From an uncultured candidate division Zixibacteria bacterium (GTDB taxonomy: Bacteria > Zixibacteria > MSB-5A5 > GN15 > FEB-12), in contig CAWDXE010000007.1 of the NCBI GenBank assembly GCA_963806185.1, positions 32,001 through 96,000 on the forward strand: a DNA stretch of 64,000 nucleotides, in the 5' to 3' direction. How positions within the stretch are numbered: position 1 is the stretch's first letter; each line of letters begins with the position of its first letter. The notes beneath the pieces were generated by a model that was not told where the DNA came from, did no database searches, and saw only the letters and a program-made list of their open reading frames with translations. A program made the position numbers and the translations under genes. Below, piece after piece: positions 53,009-61,907 of this stretch.

Positions 53009-54229
53009 ATGAAGCTTCAAACTATACTCTGGCGCGAGCTATGGCTGCGAAAGTCGCAGCTCGTGTCGGCCTTACTTGGAATCACGCTTGGCATCGCCGT
53101 AATAGTTGGCATTCAATCGGTTTCAGCGGTTTCCGAGACAGCGGTCAAGGTAAGTCTCGACAACTTGGGGGCTAATATCCTGGTGCTGCCTCAAGCCGCG
53201 TCGGTTGATGACTACTATTCGTCTGATATTGACGCACCGACGTTTTCCGAAGACTATGTAGAACGACTTGCCACGTCGATGTTGCCGGGTGTCGACAACC
53301 TTTCCCCAAAGCTAACCCGGCGCGTGAAAGTTGGCGATGTGCCAATTATCCTCACTGGTATTCTACCAGCTAACGAGCTGGCTGCGAAACCGATTTGGCA
53401 AACGGCCGGTTTGGTCGGGGACGGTCTGAATGCAGCGTGTGATCCTGGCACCACGGCTAATCAGTCGTTTGGATATCAGGACGAACGGCTGCAACGCAAG
53501 GCGGTCGACTCGCTGGCGACCACTGATGTGTTGGTCGGTAGCAGCGCTGCGCAGCGGTTGAATCTGCGCGAGGGACAGACCGTGACAATTGAAGGTAAGA
53601 CTTTTACTGTTGCCCGCGTTATCCCAGAGACCGGCACCATTGACGACAGTCGCGTGTATGCCCACCTGCACACGGTCCAGCAGCTTTTGGGGACTGGCCG
53701 GCAGGTCAGCGCCATCGAGATCATGGGGTGCTGCTCAGCTATCTCGGATGGACTCCTTGGCAAGCTCCGCAATATCTTGCCCGATACGCGGATTACGACG
53801 ATCAATCAGATTGTCAGCACGCAAATCAGGACCAATCAGCTCATGAGCAAGATCTCCATGGTCTTTCTGGTGATCATCATCATTGTCGGAGCCATAACGA
53901 TTGGCAACTACATGTGGGCGAATGTCGAAGAGCGACGTCGCGAGATCGGCATTCTGATCACCATCGGTACGAAGCGTTCGGCCATCTACCGTCTCTTCTT
54001 GTCAAAAGCAGTGTTCCTGGGTGTAATTGGCGGCATTGGCGGTTTCATCGTTGGGACCGGGGCTGCAATGATTCTTGGACCGCAACTAGCTGGGCTACAT
54101 GTTTCGCCGATGCCACTTTATTTGCTGTTATCAGTGGTCGTAGCAGTGTCGATAGCATTGCTTGGCAGTATTCTTCCGGTTTACCGGGCAGCGAGATTTG
54201 ACCCAGCTGTCATCATGCAGGAGGTGTGA
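53009..54229 (+). CDS. MacB/FtsX-type ABC permease with periplasmic CC
   Basis: N-terminal TM, large periplasmic loop (IMGCCSA), ERRREIGIL, three C-terminal TMs. Confidence 0.9.
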   Translation: MKLQTILWRELWLRKSQLVSALLGITLGIAVIVGIQSVSAVSETAVKVSLDNLGANILVLPQAASVDDYYSSDIDAPTFSEDYVERLATSMLPGVDNLSPKLTRRVKVGDVPIILTGILPANELAAKPIWQTAGLVGDGLNAACDPGTTANQSFGYQDERLQRKAVDSLATTDVLVGSSAAQRLNLREGQTVTIEGKTFTVARVIPETGTIDDSRVYAHLHTVQQLLGTGRQVSAIEIMGCCSAISDGLLGKLRNILPDTRITTINQIVSTQIRTNQLMSKISMVFLVIIIIVGAITIGNYMWANVEERRREIGILITIGTKRSAIYRLFLSKAVFLGVIGGIGGFIVGTGAAMILGPQLAGLHVSPMPLYLLLSVVVAVSIALLGSILPVYRAARFDPAVIMQEV

Positions 54230-54898
54230 GTGATGTTTGCCATTCACAACTTGAGCAAGGTCTACACCTCTCAACACGGCACGGTTCGGGCACTGGATGA
54301 CATATCGCTGACCGTCGAGAAAGGCAGTTTTGTTGCCGTGACCGGCGGGTCCGGTTCGGGCAAGACGACCATGTTGTTGACGCTTGGCGGTCTCATTCGA
54401 CCGACGAGCGGAACGGTGTCGTTCTCCGGCAAGACCATTTACACTATGTCCGAGCCAGAGCTTGCCGAGTATCGCAATCGCAAGATTGGTTTTGTACTAC
54501 AGACATTCAATCTGATCCCATACCTTACAGCGTTGGAAAACGTCATGCTTCCGATGATATTTTCTTCTAACGGCAACGGCACCGCGCAAGCCCAGGCGGA
54601 AGCATTGCTGGAGAAAGTAGGCCTAAAAGATCGCGAAGAACATCTGCCGAGAGAGCTGTCCGTGGGGCAACAGCAGCGGGTGGCTATTGCGCGAGCTCTC
54701 GCCAATAGTCCGGAGGTAATTCTTGCTGACGAGCCAACGGGCAATCTGGATCCCAGTCTGTCACTCGAAGTGCTGAAGATTCTCAAACGGCTCAATGAAG
54801 AAGAGGGACGAACGGTTATCATGGTGACTCACAGCCCGGAAGCGGCGACATTCGGGAATCGCCAGGTTCGCCTAAAAGACGGTAAGGTACACGACTGA
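54230..54898 (+). CDS. LolD-type ABC ATPase
   Basis: GGSGSGKT, LSVGQQQR, ADEPTGNLD. Confidence 0.93.
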   Translation: MMFAIHNLSKVYTSQHGTVRALDDISLTVEKGSFVAVTGGSGSGKTTMLLTLGGLIRPTSGTVSFSGKTIYTMSEPELAEYRNRKIGFVLQTFNLIPYLTALENVMLPMIFSSNGNGTAQAQAEALLEKVGLKDREEHLPRELSVGQQQRVAIARALANSPEVILADEPTGNLDPSLSLEVLKILKRLNEEEGRTVIMVTHSPEAATFGNRQVRLKDGKVHD

Positions 54899-54899
54899 T

Positions 54900-55836
54900 A
54901 TGGGGAAACACGACAACAAGCGCGACCGGCACGGCAAAAAGCACTCCGGCAAGCGCAGCCACAGGCAATCGGTAGGTAGCGGGACCTCCCGCCATTGGGT
55001 GGGATGGGCAGCGCTCGCAGTTGTCCTGGTCGCCGGCGTAGGCATCGCATGGACGCTTTTCAAAGAAGAAAGTCCGAGAATTACTGCGTCTACTCCGGTG
55101 ACCAAGCTTCCGGAGTCAGTGTTACCAAAGAATCTGGAGACCAGGCCCGCTGAGTCGAAGCCAGTACCGCCACCGGCTGCGCCGCGTCTCGACATTCCGG
55201 AACCGGAATTTGATTTCGGCTTCGTGCCACAGAATGCGAAGATAAGTCACGTGTTCTGGCTACACTCGGCCGGCACCGACACACTCAAGATCATCAAGGT
55301 CAACCCCGGCTGAGGCTGCACCCAAGCGCCCTTGGAAAAGGACGCACTGGCTGTCGGCGACAGCACTACCCTTGAGATTATCTTCAGTACCGGAAGCTAC
55401 AGTAACCAGGTGAGCAAAGCGCCGTCGATATTGACCAACGAAGCGCAGGGGGCCAAAAACGTCACCATCAAGGCCAACATCGTCACAAAGCCGGACTCGA
55501 CTTATCCGATCGTCATTCAACCGCCCAAGATCGAATTTGCGAGCCGGCGACAGCACCGAAACGATGGAGTTTACGATCACGAACAAGTCGGACGGAGCGC
55601 TAATTCCGAGAATTGTTAGCGCACCGCGCCGTTTTGTCAGTATAAACTTGCCGCAGTCTATTCCGGCGGGCGAATCTACCATAGGGAGTGTTACACTCAA
55701 GAAGGCCGGACTTAAGACGGGTTTCGAGAAGTCAGTGACCGTCCAATTAAACGATCAGGCGAAGAGCCGCTTTACCATTCCGATCAAGCGATCGGTGGTT
55801 GGCCAAGCTGTTGTTGTTCCGGCCGGAGGGCATTGA
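54900..55836 (+). CDS. Membrane-anchored DUF1573-like Ig-fold protein, probable selenoprotein (UGA 55311-55313); apparent frameshift near 55540
   Basis: FDFGFV..HVFWL..GTDTLKIIKVNPG-UGA-GCT continues in frame into ORF 55332..55619; hairpin at 55326-55345. Confidence 0.75.
55322..55350 (+). promoter_or_regulatory. Putative bacterial SECIS element
   Basis: GCGCCCTT-GGAA-AAGGACGC with lower CCA/TGG pairs; G-starting loop 21 nt after the UGA. Confidence 0.65.
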
Positions 55837-55920
55837 GTTTCGTGACGGCCCAGGACACATAGCGCATTTGCATCATTTGAGGATAGTCGAACAGTCTACC
55901 CAAATAACAGGAGGATTCCA

Positions 55921-56379
55921 GTGAAACGATTTATTATAACGATGGCCCTTTTCCTTATGGCCATTACAATGGCCTGTAACAAATCATCGGAAACTCCTGC
56001 TCGCCAAGGTGCGGGCACTAATTCGGGCGCAGCACAGCCTGCCACTGCATCTCCCGATTTGTCCAAGGCACCACCTGTCACCGTGGCTAATCCTCCTGCG
56101 GCTACACCACAAACTCCCTCTGGGTATGCTACTGCTCCGGGCATGAATCCTCCGCACGGTCAACCGAGTCATCGCTGTGATATTCCCGTTGGGGCACCAC
56201 TTAATTCGCCGCCAGGTACACAGTCGACACCGGTCGTTCCTTCACAGCCCAATGCCACTGTCCAGACTCCGCCAACTACGACGGCTCCGGGCATGAATCC
56301 ACCGCATGGACAGCCGAATCATCGCTGTGATATTCCCGTAGGAGCGCCCCTCAGCTCAGCCCCTTCGCAGCCGAAGTAA
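55921..56379 (+). CDS. Pro/Thr-rich lipoprotein with duplicated NPPHGQPxHRCDIPVGAPL motif
   Basis: Lipobox TMAC; two near-identical 25-aa repeats. Confidence 0.8.
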   Translation: MKRFIITMALFLMAITMACNKSSETPARQGAGTNSGAAQPATASPDLSKAPPVTVANPPAATPQTPSGYATAPGMNPPHGQPSHRCDIPVGAPLNSPPGTQSTPVVPSQPNATVQTPPTTTAPGMNPPHGQPNHRCDIPVGAPLSSAPSQPK

Positions 56380-56444
56380 TTGTGCTGGCTACAGTTAAGA
56401 GGAGAGCGAAAATTCGTGAGAAATTCTGTTGATCTTGTTGGTAA

Positions 56445-56462
56445 TTTGGCGATATTACCAAG
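56445..56462 (+). promoter_or_regulatory. Putative ArsR operator
   Basis: TTTGG-N8-CCAAG; a second copy precedes arsP. Confidence 0.55.
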
Positions 56463-56491
56463 TATAAGGAAATAGCGAAGGAATTCAAAGT

Positions 56492-56818
56492 ATGGATAAT
56501 AAGACTAAAGCACATTTCGAGGCCAAGGCCAGAATTATTAAGGCGATGGCGCATCCGACGAGGCTCTTTATTGTGGATGAGCTGTCGCGAAAGGAACGGT
56601 GTGTATGCGATCTGACCGAAATGATCGGCGCGGATACATCGACCGTGTCCAAACATCTGTCCATTCTAAAAGCGGCCGGGATAGTGTCCGATGACAAGCG
56701 CGGTCTGCAGGTCTTCTACTCCCTGAAGGTGCCGTGCATCTTGAATTTCTTCGGATGTGTTTCGCAGGTGCAGAAGCTGTCGGCGAAGGAGCAGGTCGCG
56801 CTGGTCGTACGAAAGTAG
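56492..56818 (+). CDS. arsR: ArsR/SmtB repressor
   Basis: KAMAHPTRL, ERCVCDL, STVSKHL. Confidence 0.92.
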   Translation: MDNKTKAHFEAKARIIKAMAHPTRLFIVDELSRKERCVCDLTEMIGADTSTVSKHLSILKAAGIVSDDKRGLQVFYSLKVPCILNFFGCVSQVQKLSAKEQVALVVRK

Positions 56819-56834
56819 TTTTTTTGGGTCCATC

Positions 56835-56852
56835 TTTGGCTGTTTGGCCAAA
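56835..56852 (+). promoter_or_regulatory. Putative ArsR operator
   Basis: TTTGGC-TGTTTG-GCCAAA inverted repeat. Confidence 0.6.
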
Positions 56853-56878
56853 TAGACATATGAAAATAGGCGTTTGAT

Positions 56879-58180
56879 ATGAAATGGAAAGCAGAGTGGA
56901 AGCCCCTGACCCTAATAATTATCATATTCCTGGTCAGTTTCTATCTGCCGGTCGGCAAACCGCGTTTTGACAATGCGGTTACTGAATCGTTACAACTGGT
57001 AAAATGGTACGCGCAAGAGCATGTTCTACTCTGCCTGATACCGGCGTTCTTCATTGCCGGAGCGATTGGAGTCTTTGTCAGCCAGGCTTCAGTCATGCGC
57101 TACCTGGGAGCCAAAGCCAACAAGGTTCTCGCCTACGGTGTGGCGTCGATCTCTGGAACCATTCTGGCAGTATGCTCATGCACGGTGCTCCCCCTGTTTG
57201 CGGGTATCTATCGGATGGGCGCAGGGCTCGGCCCGGCCAGTGCCTTTCTCTACTCCGGACCGGCAATCAACGTGCTGGCCATATTTCTGACCGCGCGGAT
57301 TCTCGGGATCGAAATGGGTGTGGCCCGCGCAGTCGGCGCGGTCGTGTTCAGCGTAATCGTTGGGCTCATCATGCATTTCATCTACCGCAAAGAGGAAACG
57401 GCCAAAGCTGACGCTCAAATGGCTCTGCCCGATCCACCGCCGACGCGCCCGCTCTGGCAGACGATACTCTATTTTGCTTCAATGATAGCCATACTCGTCT
57501 TCGCCAACTGGGGCAAGTCAAGCGAACCAGTCGGCATCTGGAATGCAATTTACGAACTCAAATGGTATCTGACTGCCTTGTCAGCTGCGGCCCTCGGATT
57601 GATGCTGGCTACCTGGTTTAACGTCACCTGGTGGAAAATTGGCGCGGTCGCAGTTCCGGTCGCGATCCTAGGCCTGGTCTTTCGCGAATATCCGTTGATT
57701 CCGTTCGCTGCGGGGTTTGTAGGGCTCTCCATCATTACCAGCACCGATGACGGCGAGATGGGGAGCTGGTTCGAACAGACCTGGGGATTCGCCAAGCAGA
57801 TTCTGCCGCTACTTCTCTTTGGCGTTCTCGTCGCAGGACTTCTCTTGGGCAGGCCCGGACACGAGGGAATCATTCCTTCCGAGTGGATCAGTCGCTCGGT
57901 GGGCGGCAACTCACTCTGGGCGAATCTCTTTGCCTCGGTAGCAGGCGCCTTTATGTATTTCGCCACGTTGACAGAGATCCCGATTCTGCAAGGTCTCCTG
58001 GGGAGCGGCATGGGTAAGGGTCCGGCGTTGGCGCTTTTGCTGGCCGGACCGGCGCTTTCTCTTCCGAGCATGCTAGTACTGCGGAGCATTATGGGCCTTA
58101 GAAAGACGGCAGTGTTTGTGAGTATCGTGGTAGTCATGGCTACTATCACGGGAATGACGTACGGCTATTTCTTTGGATAG
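56879..58180 (+). CDS. arsP: ArsP/DUF318-family permease
   Basis: AVCSCTVLP, YSGPAIN, YFATLTE, AGPALSLP. Confidence 0.85.
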   Translation: MKWKAEWKPLTLIIIIFLVSFYLPVGKPRFDNAVTESLQLVKWYAQEHVLLCLIPAFFIAGAIGVFVSQASVMRYLGAKANKVLAYGVASISGTILAVCSCTVLPLFAGIYRMGAGLGPASAFLYSGPAINVLAIFLTARILGIEMGVARAVGAVVFSVIVGLIMHFIYRKEETAKADAQMALPDPPPTRPLWQTILYFASMIAILVFANWGKSSEPVGIWNAIYELKWYLTALSAAALGLMLATWFNVTWWKIGAVAVPVAILGLVFREYPLIPFAAGFVGLSIITSTDDGEMGSWFEQTWGFAKQILPLLLFGVLVAGLLLGRPGHEGIIPSEWISRSVGGNSLWANLFASVAGAFMYFATLTEIPILQGLLGSGMGKGPALALLLAGPALSLPSMLVLRSIMGLRKTAVFVSIVVVMATITGMTYGYFFG

Positions 58181-58190
58181 GAGATACACA

Positions 58191-58424
58191 ATGAAACTGA
58201 TTCAAATCCTAGGCACGGGCTGTCCCAAGTGCAAGAAGCTCGAAGAGCAGACGCGCGAAGCGGCCAAGGCCATCGGCCTTGAGTGTGAGATCCTCAAGGT
58301 GACCGATATCGAGGCGATCATGCGCATGGGCGTGATGATGACCCCGGGGCTGGCAATCGACGGGCAGGTTGTTCTGTCTGGGAAAGTACCGTCGGTTGAT
58401 GAACTCAAAAAGATTCTGGCCTGA
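58191..58424 (+). CDS. Small redox-active disulfide (thioredoxin-like) protein, ArsE-like position
   Basis: ILGTGCPKC, MTPGLAIDG. Confidence 0.88.
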   Translation: MKLIQILGTGCPKCKKLEEQTREAAKAIGLECEILKVTDIEAIMRMGVMMTPGLAIDGQVVLSGKVPSVDELKKILA

Positions 58425-58437
58425 AAGGGAACCTCAG

Positions 58438-58929
58438 ATGAATAAGGCAAAAGTCGCAGCGATCCTCGTAGGCATCGCAGCAATGTGGGTGGGTGGATAC
58501 CTGTTGGCCAATGCGGGTAACGGAACAGCAGATTCGCCGTCCACCGTTTCTCCTACCGCCGCCACGACCGATAGCGTTACCGCTATACCCCACAAAGTCG
58601 TTGCCTACTATTTCCACGGCAATGTCCGCTGTGTGACCTGTCGAAAGATCGAAGCATACACCGGCGAAGCGATTGACAGCGGTTTCGCGGCTGAACTCAA
58701 ATCCGGATTGCTTGAGTGGCATGCGATAAACACGGATTCATCGCAAAACGAGCATTATTTGGAGGACTACCAATTATTCACCAAGTCGGTAATTCTCTCA
58801 GATCTGCACCATGGTAAGCAGACCCGCTGGAAAAACCTCGACAAGATCTGGACGCTGACGGGAAACAAGTCCGACTTCATGAAATACATCCGGGATGAAG
58901 TCAGGATCATGCTGGATTCAACCAAGTAA
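58438..58929 (+). CDS. ArsF-family thioredoxin-like protein
   Basis: N-terminal TM; YYFHGNVRCVTCRKIE. Confidence 0.8.
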   Translation: MNKAKVAAILVGIAAMWVGGYLLANAGNGTADSPSTVSPTAATTDSVTAIPHKVVAYYFHGNVRCVTCRKIEAYTGEAIDSGFAAELKSGLLEWHAINTDSSQNEHYLEDYQLFTKSVILSDLHHGKQTRWKNLDKIWTLTGNKSDFMKYIRDEVRIMLDSTK

Positions 58930-58943
58930 AGGAACGACAGACA

Positions 58944-59414
58944 ATGACCCCTCGCAAAATCATCACGTTTGTTCTGCTCCTTCTGGTTGGAGTGAGTATT
59001 GTCGTCTTCGTGGCGCGACAAACAGGTCTTATTTCCGCGGACCTGGTATCAATCGGTGCATCAGCGGATGCGCCCCGACACAAGGTCATCGCCTATTATT
59101 TCCACGGCACGGTGCGGTGCGAAACCTGCCTGAATATCGAGCACTACACCGACGAAGCACTCAAGACCTACTTTGCCGATGACCTGGCCGATGGCCGCTT
59201 GGAATGGCGCGTGATCAACCGCGAAGTACCACCCAATGAACACTTTGTACAGGACTATGGACTGTATTCTCAGGCTCTGATCATCATCGACTCAATACCG
59301 GGACAGAAAGCCGAATACAAAAACCTCGAGGCCATGTGGGATTACGCCCACGACAAACCGGCGTTTATGGCATGGGTGCGTGGTGAAGTCGATCAGTACC
59401 TGAGGAGGCTGTAG
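58944..59414 (+). CDS. ArsF-family thioredoxin-like protein (paralogue)
   Basis: YYFHGTVRCETCLNIE. Confidence 0.8.
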   Translation: MTPRKIITFVLLLLVGVSIVVFVARQTGLISADLVSIGASADAPRHKVIAYYFHGTVRCETCLNIEHYTDEALKTYFADDLADGRLEWRVINREVPPNEHFVQDYGLYSQALIIIDSIPGQKAEYKNLEAMWDYAHDKPAFMAWVRGEVDQYLRRL

Positions 59415-60103
59415 TGGAGTCACTCTACGTTGCGGCTCTTTCGGCGATCTGGCTGGGCATACTGACTTCCATCAGCCCCTGTCCGCTCGCCACCAACATT
59501 GCGGCCGTTTCCTATATAGGCAAGCATGTGGCCAGTGGCCGGCATGCGGTGTGGTCCGGACTTCTCTATGTACTGGGCCGTCTCGTGACCTATGTGGCGG
59601 TGGGCGCGATCGTGACCGCTGGTGTTCTCTCCATTCCGGGCGTGTCGAATTTCCTGCAGAAGTACATGAACAGCTTGCTTGGCCCGGTCCTTATCCTGGT
59701 TGGACTCGTCTTGCTGAACTGGTTACCGATCAATATACCGGGCCTTACCCCCAGCGATAAAATGCAGGAACGCGCCTCACACGGGAGTCTTTGGGGTGCA
59801 TGTGCCCTTGGTGCCATCTTTGCGCTGTCGTTTTGCCCTGTGTCGGCGGCTCTGTTCTTCGGAAGTCTGATTCCGCTATCGGTTCAGCACCACTCATACT
59901 TACTCTTGCCATCGCTATACGGCTTCGGTACTGGATTGCCGGTGCTGGTGGTGGGCATTATGCTGGCCTATAGTGCTAAATCGGTGGGAAGGCTGTTTAC
60001 CGGTATCCAGCGCTTTGAGAGTTGGGTCCGCGTCATGACAGCGGTGATCTTTATTATCATCGGGATCTATATGATCCTGCGATACGTTTTTTACCTATTC
60101 TAA
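59414..60103 (+). CDS. ArsG-family (DsbD/CcdA-like) membrane protein
   Basis: SISPCPLATNIAA, ALSFCPVSAALFFG. Confidence 0.85.
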   Translation: MESLYVAALSAIWLGILTSISPCPLATNIAAVSYIGKHVASGRHAVWSGLLYVLGRLVTYVAVGAIVTAGVLSIPGVSNFLQKYMNSLLGPVLILVGLVLLNWLPINIPGLTPSDKMQERASHGSLWGACALGAIFALSFCPVSAALFFGSLIPLSVQHHSYLLLPSLYGFGTGLPVLVVGIMLAYSAKSVGRLFTGIQRFESWVRVMTAVIFIIIGIYMILRYVFYLF

Positions 60104-60172
60104 TCATGGGCCGGTGCCGGGCAAGAGCTCGACGCCGCCACTTACGCAATTCAAACGCATGCAAATGTTCGA

Positions 60173-60219
60173 TTGACACTCGTGCGAGAATCCATATATT
60201 TCGATATATGTCGAACTAT
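60173..60219 (+). promoter_or_regulatory. Promoter and operator of the hgc operon (probably leaderless arsR)
   Basis: TTGACA-N16-TATATT; TTCGA-N6-TCGAA (60200-60215) overlaps ATG 60208. Confidence 0.7.
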
Positions 60220-60573
60220 AGTACTAAGACCCTCAAGCGTGTTTCGCAACAGTTTGCCGCCCTGTCTAATCCCAACCGAGCCGCAATCTTTGCGCGACTG
60301 GCCGGTTGTTGTTGTGGAACGGCCGAGACCTGCAGACATGACGCCATGCGCACGTGCGTAGGAGATTTGGGAAAAGATCTCAGCATCGCCGCTTCGACGG
60401 TGTCTCACCATATCAAAGAGCTCCATCGGGCTGGTCTGATTAAGCTCGAACGATGTGGCAGAACGGTCAGATGTTGTGTTGATACAAAGACCGTGAAGGA
60501 AATGGCTGGATTTCTAGATGGCGCAACCGCAGCGGGACGACAAGCGCCGACGAACAAGCCGAAACGAGCCTGA
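60208..60573 (+). CDS. Cys-rich ArsR/SmtB regulator heading the hgcAB operon
   Basis: FAALSNPNR, GCCCG, CVGDLG, STVSHHIKEL. Confidence 0.88.
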   Translation: MSNYSTKTLKRVSQQFAALSNPNRAAIFARLAGCCCGTAETCRHDAMRTCVGDLGKDLSIAASTVSHHIKELHRAGLIKLERCGRTVRCCVDTKTVKEMAGFLDGATAAGRQAPTNKPKRA

Positions 60574-60589
60574 CAATCGGAGGATAGAC

Positions 60590-61186
60590 GTGGACGATAT
60601 CAACAAAGACAATCTACCCGGCTGCTGTGAGGGTGGCCAGTGCTGCTCACCAACGCCAGGTGGCGATACCCGCAAACCTGACCGTTGGAAATCTCTGATG
60701 TTCTCGGGAGTGATTTTGCTGGCATGTGCAGTGGCAGCATACTCTCTGTTCTGGCGAAGTCCGGATGCCGCGACCTCTGCCTGTTGCCCGCCGGGATCAG
60801 CGGCCGCGGTAGCTTGTGGCTCGTCGGCGGTCATTCCGGTCTTCGACCACTCCATGGCTCCGGCGGGTTTGTCGCTGTATCTCTTGTTATCGGCGACCGA
60901 TTCGCTTAGCCAGCAGCAGTTCGCGGTAATAAGTGAAGTTCGAGGGGCCGTGGAGTCAAAGGGGTCGCGGTTGGAACTTGAGACGTTGAGGCCCAGCGAC
61001 GGCTTCTTTCCGGCAATGGTCAGTGGTCATGGTATCACTTCCTTTCCGGCATTTCTGGTGTTCGGACAGCGCGACAGTTTGACCCTGAGTCTCACGAGTT
61101 TTCGAAGCGATACGATATTGAGCGTCTTTGTCCTGCCAGCTGAATCGTCGGAGGTGTCAACTACGTCCGAAACTAACCCTCAATAG
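60590..61186 (+). CDS. Single-TM hypothetical protein with three CC pairs
   Basis: GGAGG RBS plus GTG; GCCEGGQCC, TM, ACCP, SFPAF. Confidence 0.7.
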   Translation: MDDINKDNLPGCCEGGQCCSPTPGGDTRKPDRWKSLMFSGVILLACAVAAYSLFWRSPDAATSACCPPGSAAAVACGSSAVIPVFDHSMAPAGLSLYLLLSATDSLSQQQFAVISEVRGAVESKGSRLELETLRPSDGFFPAMVSGHGITSFPAFLVFGQRDSLTLSLTSFRSDTILSVFVLPAESSEVSTTSETNPQ

Positions 61187-61189
61187 CTG

Positions 61190-61895
61190 GTGAATGCGAT
61201 GGATTGGATAGAGCAAGTACTGCGATCCCCGGAATTCAGCATGGCTGCCCTGCCGGCGGCCCTCGTGCTGGGCCTGCTAACGGCAGTAACGTCGTGCTGC
61301 AATTTTGGCATCATCGCAGCTGTGGTAGGATATGCCGGAAGTCGCGACGAGCAGTATCATCGCCGCGACGCCGTCGTGACGGCCATTTCCTTCATGGTCG
61401 GCACGGTCGTGGCCCTCTCCGTGTTGGGGCTTCTCATCGGCCATGTCAGCGGACTAGCCGGAACCTCATTCAAACGCTACAGCACACTGATCATGGGGTT
61501 CGCTGTAATAATTGCCGGCCTGTGCCGCACTGAAGCTGCTGCCATTTCGATTGCCCTCCGTTAACTGGTCAAAAGTGAAGCGTCCCGGCGGTCGTTTCGG
61601 GTCGATTGTTTTCGGATTAGTCATCGGAACTGCGAGTATCGCGTGCACTGCAGCCTGCTGCGGCCCGCTGGTTCTCGTAGTCTTAGGCATGACCGCAATA
61701 GCGGGTCAGGCACTGCAGGGGGCAGTGATACTGGGGCTCTTTGCTATTGGCTACGGTCTTCCTCTGGCTGCGCTGATGCTTGGCGTTGGCCTCGGACGAA
61801 CCTCTGCGATTGCCCAGAAGTTGACTAAACCGATTCGCGTCGTTGCCGGATCGGGACTGCTTTTTGTGGGGTTCTGGTTACTCGCGACTATGTGA
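61190..61895 (+). CDS. CcdA/DsbD-like six-TM protein with CC motifs (apparent +1 frameshift near 61522)
   Basis: LLTAVTSCCN in TM1; ACTAACCGPLVLVVLG; LFAIGYGLP. Confidence 0.75.
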
Positions 61896-61907
61896 GGATG
61901 CGCGGAT

